From: an uncultured Thermococci archaeon
GTDB taxonomy: Archaea; Methanobacteriota_B; Thermococci; Thermococcales; Thermococcaceae
Length of the DNA stretch: 38,510 nucleotides
NCBI GenBank assembly: GCA_964487115.1
Contig: CAZAPD010000001.1
Location: forward strand, 1 to 38,510
Reading direction: 5' to 3'
Program-made: the position numbers and the translations under genes
Part shown: positions 31,653-38,510 of the stretch, in pieces
How positions within the stretch are numbered: the first letter of the stretch is position 1
How the letters are laid out: each line of letters opens with the position of its first letter
The notes under the pieces: generated by a model
Database searches by the model: none
Told to the model about the DNA's origin: nothing
Seen by the model: only the letters and a program-made list of their open reading frames with translations

Positions 31653-32442
31653 CTCCTCTCACCCTCGCCATTTTTTTAACAAGCTCCTCATCAACCCTGT
31701 AGAGCCAGTCGTAAAGCTTAACGTGAAAGCTTCCCGGATATTCTGTCTCCACATTCGCTTTCTCAGCTGCTATTCCGAAAACAACGAGTGATGATATGGC
31801 TGCGTTTAGTGGCTTTTCAACGGCAGCAAATGCCCCGGTTATTGCCGTTACCATGCAGCCCGTTCCAGTAACCCTGCTGAGAATATGAGTGCCATTCTCA
31901 ACGGCATAGATTCTTTTCCCATCACTCACATAGTCGATTTCGCCTGTAACGGCAGTTACGAGTCCAAATTCCTCTGCCGCCTTAAAGGCGAGTATCTTTG
32001 CAACATTCCGGTCATATGTCCTTGAGTCAACCCCTCTCGTTTTTCCATGCTCTCCGAGCAGAGCAGCTATTTCACCAAAGTTCCCCCTTAGAATTGAAAC
32101 ATTTCCACTTTCAAGAAGCTTCAGTGCAGTTTTTGTCCTTAAGAGCGTAGCCCCCGCACCAACCGGATCAAGAACAATGGGCTTCTTCAGTTTTCCAGCT
32201 ATCTCCACAGCCTTTTCCATTGATGATATCCAGAACCTGTCGAGGGTCCCTATGTTTATAACAACAGCATCCGCTATCTGTATCATCTCCTCAAGTTCCT
32301 CCTCCGCATGGGCCATTACGGGAGATGCTCCAATTGCGAGAAGGGCGTTGGCAGTTGTATTCATGACGACAAAGTTTGTTATGTTGTGCACAAGCGGCCT
32401 TTTTTCTCTCAGTCTCTTCAGAGCTTTAGCTATAACCTCCAT
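31642..32442 (-). CDS. thiM: Hydroxyethylthiazole kinase
   Basis: PLVHNITNFV, GASPVMA, NIGTL, LDPVGAGAT, RGNFGEI, TGTGC. Confidence 0.95.
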   Translation of the reverse strand: MEVIAKALKRLREKRPLVHNITNFVVMNTTANALLAIGASPVMAHAEEELEEMIQIADAVVINIGTLDRFWISSMEKAVEIAGKLKKPIVLDPVGAGATLLRTKTALKLLESGNVSILRGNFGEIAALLGEHGKTRGVDSRTYDRNVAKILAFKAAEEFGLVTAVTGEIDYVSDGKRIYAVENGTHILSRVTGTGCMVTAITGAFAAVEKPLNAAISSLVVFGIAAEKANVETEYPGSFHVKLYDWLYRVDEELVKKMARVRGVEP

Positions 32443-33713
32443 CATATCCCCTCCAGCAGATAATAGAGAATGCTCACGAAAACAAATGTGGGAATACTGG
32501 AGCCGAGTTTAGCTCCGAGAGTACTTAAAAACGGGATATGGATTCCAAACAGGCCTTCAACTGCCAGAAGCATGTAAAACAGGAAGCCCACCAGCCATAC
32601 AATTAAAGCTTTGATACTATAGCCAGCGAATCTGCCCCTTTCATCGAGCAACTCCTTGGGATCATAACCCTTCTTTACGATGAAGTAGTCCGTAAGCATT
32701 ATTGCAGCCAGTGAGACAAAAGCTCCACCTATTAGCAGGAGGAAGCCTTCATATCGGTCAACCGGGAATACAAGGGCAAGAGCGGTTCCAAGCATTCCGA
32801 TAAGAAGTACCTGCTTTCTGGCATCAGCTTCTGGTGAAATGTTCTTATACGTTATTGCGGCTGAATACACATCCAGAAATGTTGTTGTTACCGTTGAGAA
32901 TACTATCACAAGCATCGCCGGTATTCCAAGCCCGTATGCCGCTATTATTTTAATCGGATCGCTTTCGCCGACCGCCATGTTGGTCAGTGCTCCTACGAAG
33001 TAGAAGAGAGACGAGGAGACAAAATAGCCAATATATGTTCCCCAAAACGCTGAGCCCTTCTCCCGGACAAATCTTGAATAGTCTGCTATGAGTGGAGCCC
33101 ATGATAGGGGCATGGCTATAACCAGATCAAGTGCCAGCATCATGCTCATTCCTCCTGTTCCCTGCTTCGACATCAGACTCGTGAGGGGGAAGTGCTCCAG
33201 TGTCGTGTACGTGAGCCAGAGGGCCAGAAGCAGGAGAAGAGCTGCGGCGGCTTTTTCAATCTTCTCCCAGTTCTTTGGGCCGATATATGTCCATGTTGTA
33301 ACAAGGACTCCGAGGAAAATCACCCACAGTGTATATCCCCTACCAAAAACAGCATTCATAGCATTTGCTCCAACTATCAGCATTATGGCAGTCCAGCCGA
33401 TGAGCTGGAGATAATTGAGGGCAGAAGGCAGAATAGAGCCTTTTATGCCGAGAGCGGCTCTTGAGAGAACCATTGTCGGGAGGCCTGTTTCCTCACCTTC
33501 AACCGCTATGAGTCCCATGATGGTGTTTCCAATTAGATGTCCAAGGAGTATGATTCCGAGAGCCACCCAGAGTGAAAGAGCCGGGGTGAGTAGAGCTCCA
33601 GCCCAGAACTCAGCAATGCTTATTCCTGCACCGAACCAGATCGCAGAGAGTGTTAAAAATGTGTATGACCTTTTTGATCTTGGAACAGGTTTTATATCAT
33701 AACCTGCCTCCAT
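32442..33713 (-). CDS. cytX: NCS1-family hydroxymethylpyrimidine/thiamine-precursor transporter
   Basis: WFGAGISIAE, LNYLQLIGW, AMPLSWAPLIADYSR, STVTTTFLDVYSA; in the thi operon. Confidence 0.88.
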   Translation of the reverse strand: MEAGYDIKPVPRSKRSYTFLTLSAIWFGAGISIAEFWAGALLTPALSLWVALGIILLGHLIGNTIMGLIAVEGEETGLPTMVLSRAALGIKGSILPSALNYLQLIGWTAIMLIVGANAMNAVFGRGYTLWVIFLGVLVTTWTYIGPKNWEKIEKAAAALLLLLALWLTYTTLEHFPLTSLMSKQGTGGMSMMLALDLVIAMPLSWAPLIADYSRFVREKGSAFWGTYIGYFVSSSLFYFVGALTNMAVGESDPIKIIAAYGLGIPAMLVIVFSTVTTTFLDVYSAAITYKNISPEADARKQVLLIGMLGTALALVFPVDRYEGFLLLIGGAFVSLAAIMLTDYFIVKKGYDPKELLDERGRFAGYSIKALIVWLVGFLFYMLLAVEGLFGIHIPFLSTLGAKLGSSIPTFVFVSILYYLLEGI

Positions 33714-33765
33714 GCTTTCACCCAACTAAAGCTTTCCGGTACTGTTTATAACTTTTTTGTGAAAT

Positions 33766-33784
33766 TTTATAACAAAGTTATAAA
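33766..33784. promoter_or_regulatory. Palindromic operator upstream of the thiamine-salvage operon (candidate ThiR site)
   Basis: TTTATAAC-AAA-GTTATAAA; minus-strand BRE/TATA AAAAAGTTATAAAC at about 33744-33757. Confidence 0.6.
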
Positions 33785-33844
33785 TACCACATGCAAAATT
33801 CAAGATCACAATTACAAAAACCCGAGATTGGATCCTCCCGGTGG

Positions 33845-35628
<1,784 letters not shown>

Positions 35629-35632
35629 CTAT

Positions 35633-36199
<567 letters not shown>

Positions 36200-36207
36200 T
36201 CATTAAA

Positions 36208-37524
36208 CTACATCAGGCTCAGCCATTTTAGGGCTTTTGCCGCCTTTTCTGGGGTTGTGAAGTTTTTTATTCCCTTTTCTTCGAGGAGCCTGACACCCCT
36301 CCTAACAAGCTCCCCTGCCATGAAGTTGACAATGATGGGCTTATCGCATTCAGCCTCGATTATGGCTTTAGCTATCCATTCACTGGGCAGAAATATGGGC
36401 GGCACACAGATTACAAGGAGCGAGTCAACATTCTCATCACTGCATACAATCTCAATGGTGCGCTTATAGCGCTCGTAGTCGGCGTCGGCTATAAGATCAA
36501 CCGGATTTTTCAGGGAACATTGGTGCGGCAGGAAGGCTTTAAGCTCTTCAATTGTTTTGTCGCTCAGTTTTGCTATCTCAAGACCCAGCTTTTCAAGCTT
36601 GTCGGTTGCTAAAACACCGGGCCCACCCGAGTTGGTTATCACAGCAACCCTTTTTCCTGCCTTGGGATACATCTCAAAGACCTTGGCGGCGTCAAAAAGC
36701 TCCTCCATTTCCTCAACCTCTATAGCTCCAGCCTGTCTGAACGCAGCGCTGTAGATCTCATAGGAACCTGCCAGTGAGCCTGTGTGGGAAGCCGCTGCCC
36801 TTGCCCCGCTTGCACTCTTCCCGGCCTTGAGGACTATGACAGGCTTTCTGGCACTTGCATATCTCAGGGCTTTGAGGAAGCGTCTGCCGTCTTTAACCCC
36901 CTCGATGTAAAGCGCAATAGCCTTCGTGTTCTCATCATCGGCAAAGTACTCAAGAAAATCGCTCTCGTTCAGATCAGAGGCATTCCCATAGGAAACGAAG
37001 GCAGAGAATCCAATCCCCTCATCGTTGCCCATTGCCAAAGCTGCTCCTCCAAATGCACCGCTCTGACTGATCAAAGCTAAACCACCCGATTTAACACGAA
37101 CCTCGAAGGAGCCAAAGAACCTCCCGTGGACGCCGAAGATACCAGCACAGTTCGGGCCGATAACCCTAACGCCGTGCCTTCTCGCCCTCTCGACCAGCTC
37201 ACGCTCCAGCTCAGAATTCCCAACCTCTGAGAAGCCGGCACTTATGACGATTGCACCTTTGATTAACGGTCCAATCTCATCAATGAGCCCCGGAACAAGC
37301 TTTGCTGGAACGGCGATTATAGCCGTATCAACATGCTCATCAAGCTTTTCCCTGATTTGAAAAGTCTTCCCAGCCACATCAACGGCTCCACCTTTTGGAT
37401 TCACCGGGATTATTTTCCCTCCAAAGCCACCCTCCACGATGTTTCTGAGGATTTCGTAGGCTATCGCACCCCTCTTGAAGGAGCCAAATACAGCGGCACT
37501 TGAGGGGTAGAAAAAGTAATCCAC
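36208..37524 (-). CDS. ADP-forming acyl-CoA synthetase alpha subunit
   Basis: PVNPK, ISAGFSE, GPNCAG, SQSGA, ASHTGSLAG phospho-His, TNSGGPG, NPVDL; GTG start with RBS GGAGGTGGTGA. Confidence 0.92.
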   Translation of the reverse strand: MDYFFYPSSAAVFGSFKRGAIAYEILRNIVEGGFGGKIIPVNPKGGAVDVAGKTFQIREKLDEHVDTAIIAVPAKLVPGLIDEIGPLIKGAIVISAGFSEVGNSELERELVERARRHGVRVIGPNCAGIFGVHGRFFGSFEVRVKSGGLALISQSGAFGGAALAMGNDEGIGFSAFVSYGNASDLNESDFLEYFADDENTKAIALYIEGVKDGRRFLKALRYASARKPVIVLKAGKSASGARAAASHTGSLAGSYEIYSAAFRQAGAIEVEEMEELFDAAKVFEMYPKAGKRVAVITNSGGPGVLATDKLEKLGLEIAKLSDKTIEELKAFLPHQCSLKNPVDLIADADYERYKRTIEIVCSDENVDSLLVICVPPIFLPSEWIAKAIIEAECDKPIIVNFMAGELVRRGVRLLEEKGIKNFTTPEKAAKALKWLSLM

Positions 37525-37595
37525 ATCACCACCTCCACGGGAATCTTTCATCAGCGATAAAAAAGCTTATTGGTTCTTCCACTCAAGTTCCAGCC

Positions 37596-38099
37596 ATGAA
37601 GAAAAAATACAGAAAAGTTGTCGTCGGTGGAACCTTCGACAGGCTTCACCTCGGTCACAAAGCTTTACTAAGGAAAGCCTTTGAAGTCGGCAGATATGTG
37701 TATATCGGACTAACCTCAGATGAGATGATACGCGAGAAGCTCTACGCTGAAAAAATATTACCCTACGAGCTCAGGTTTAAAGACTTAATTAAGTTCTTTG
37801 AGGTTAATGGATATTCTAACTATCGTATCATCAAAATCAGCACCGCTATAGGCTTTGCCGATAAAATGAAGAGTCTCGAAGCCATTATAGTTAGCGAAGA
37901 AACATACAAAGGGGCACTTATAGTCAACAAAGCCCGTGAGGAGAGAGGTCTGAAGCCCCTTGAGATAGTCACTATAGGTATAGTCAAGAGCAAAATAGGG
38001 CCGAAGATAAGTTCCAGCCTCATAAGAGCCGGATTGATCGACCCATTTGGAAGGCCGCTCTCCAGTGGAAATAGAACCCCCAAGGGAAAAGACGTTTAA
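37596..38099 (+). CDS. coaD: Phosphopantetheine adenylyltransferase (archaeal type)
   Basis: VVGGTFDRLHLGHKALL, GLTSDE, VSEET, KISSSLIR. Confidence 0.92.
   Translation: MKKKYRKVVVGGTFDRLHLGHKALLRKAFEVGRYVYIGLTSDEMIREKLYAEKILPYELRFKDLIKFFEVNGYSNYRIIKISTAIGFADKMKSLEAIIVSEETYKGALIVNKAREERGLKPLEIVTIGIVKSKIGPKISSSLIRAGLIDPFGRPLSSGNRTPKGKDV

Positions 38100-38510
<411 letters not shown>

Noticed and set aside
33714..33844. TPP riboswitch upstream of cytX
   Set aside because: No CTGAGA or other TPP aptamer core, and the leader is very short

Overview
Archaeal chromosomal segment of Thermococcales type (GGTGA/GGAGG RBS, BRE/TATA promoters, TGM operators, intron-containing tRNA-Trp). It is probably an entire contig, because both ends run into inverted, partly identical copies of tpiA. 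The left ~10.5 kb is an accessory C3-utilisation island. It holds a leftward glycerol operon (glpF aquaglyceroporin, glpK, three-subunit G3P dehydrogenase, a second tpiA) and a small RHH-type gene in an AT-rich control region with repeated GTTATAAC-like sites. It also holds a rightward bacterial-type operon dhaK-dhaL-dhaM-ptsH-ptsI, a complete PEP-driven PTS phosphorelay for dihydroxyacetone kinase with no EIIC permease, which converges on FBP aldolase/phosphatase. The remainder is mostly Thermococcales core: fbp, tRNA-Trp, a probable C/D sRNA, Lrp regulators, rdgB, moaE/ubaA/SAMP, carS, a GbsR-MMPL-COG1361-LEA module with a perfect 24-bp operator, an NSUN methyltransferase, two flippase-like paralogs, NAD kinase, a thiamine-salvage operon (cytX-thiM-thiE-thiD with decayed ThiN), kae1, an acyl-CoA synthetase alpha subunit, coaD and the native TGM-regulated tpiA. 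All calls come from motif recognition by eye; no searches were run.
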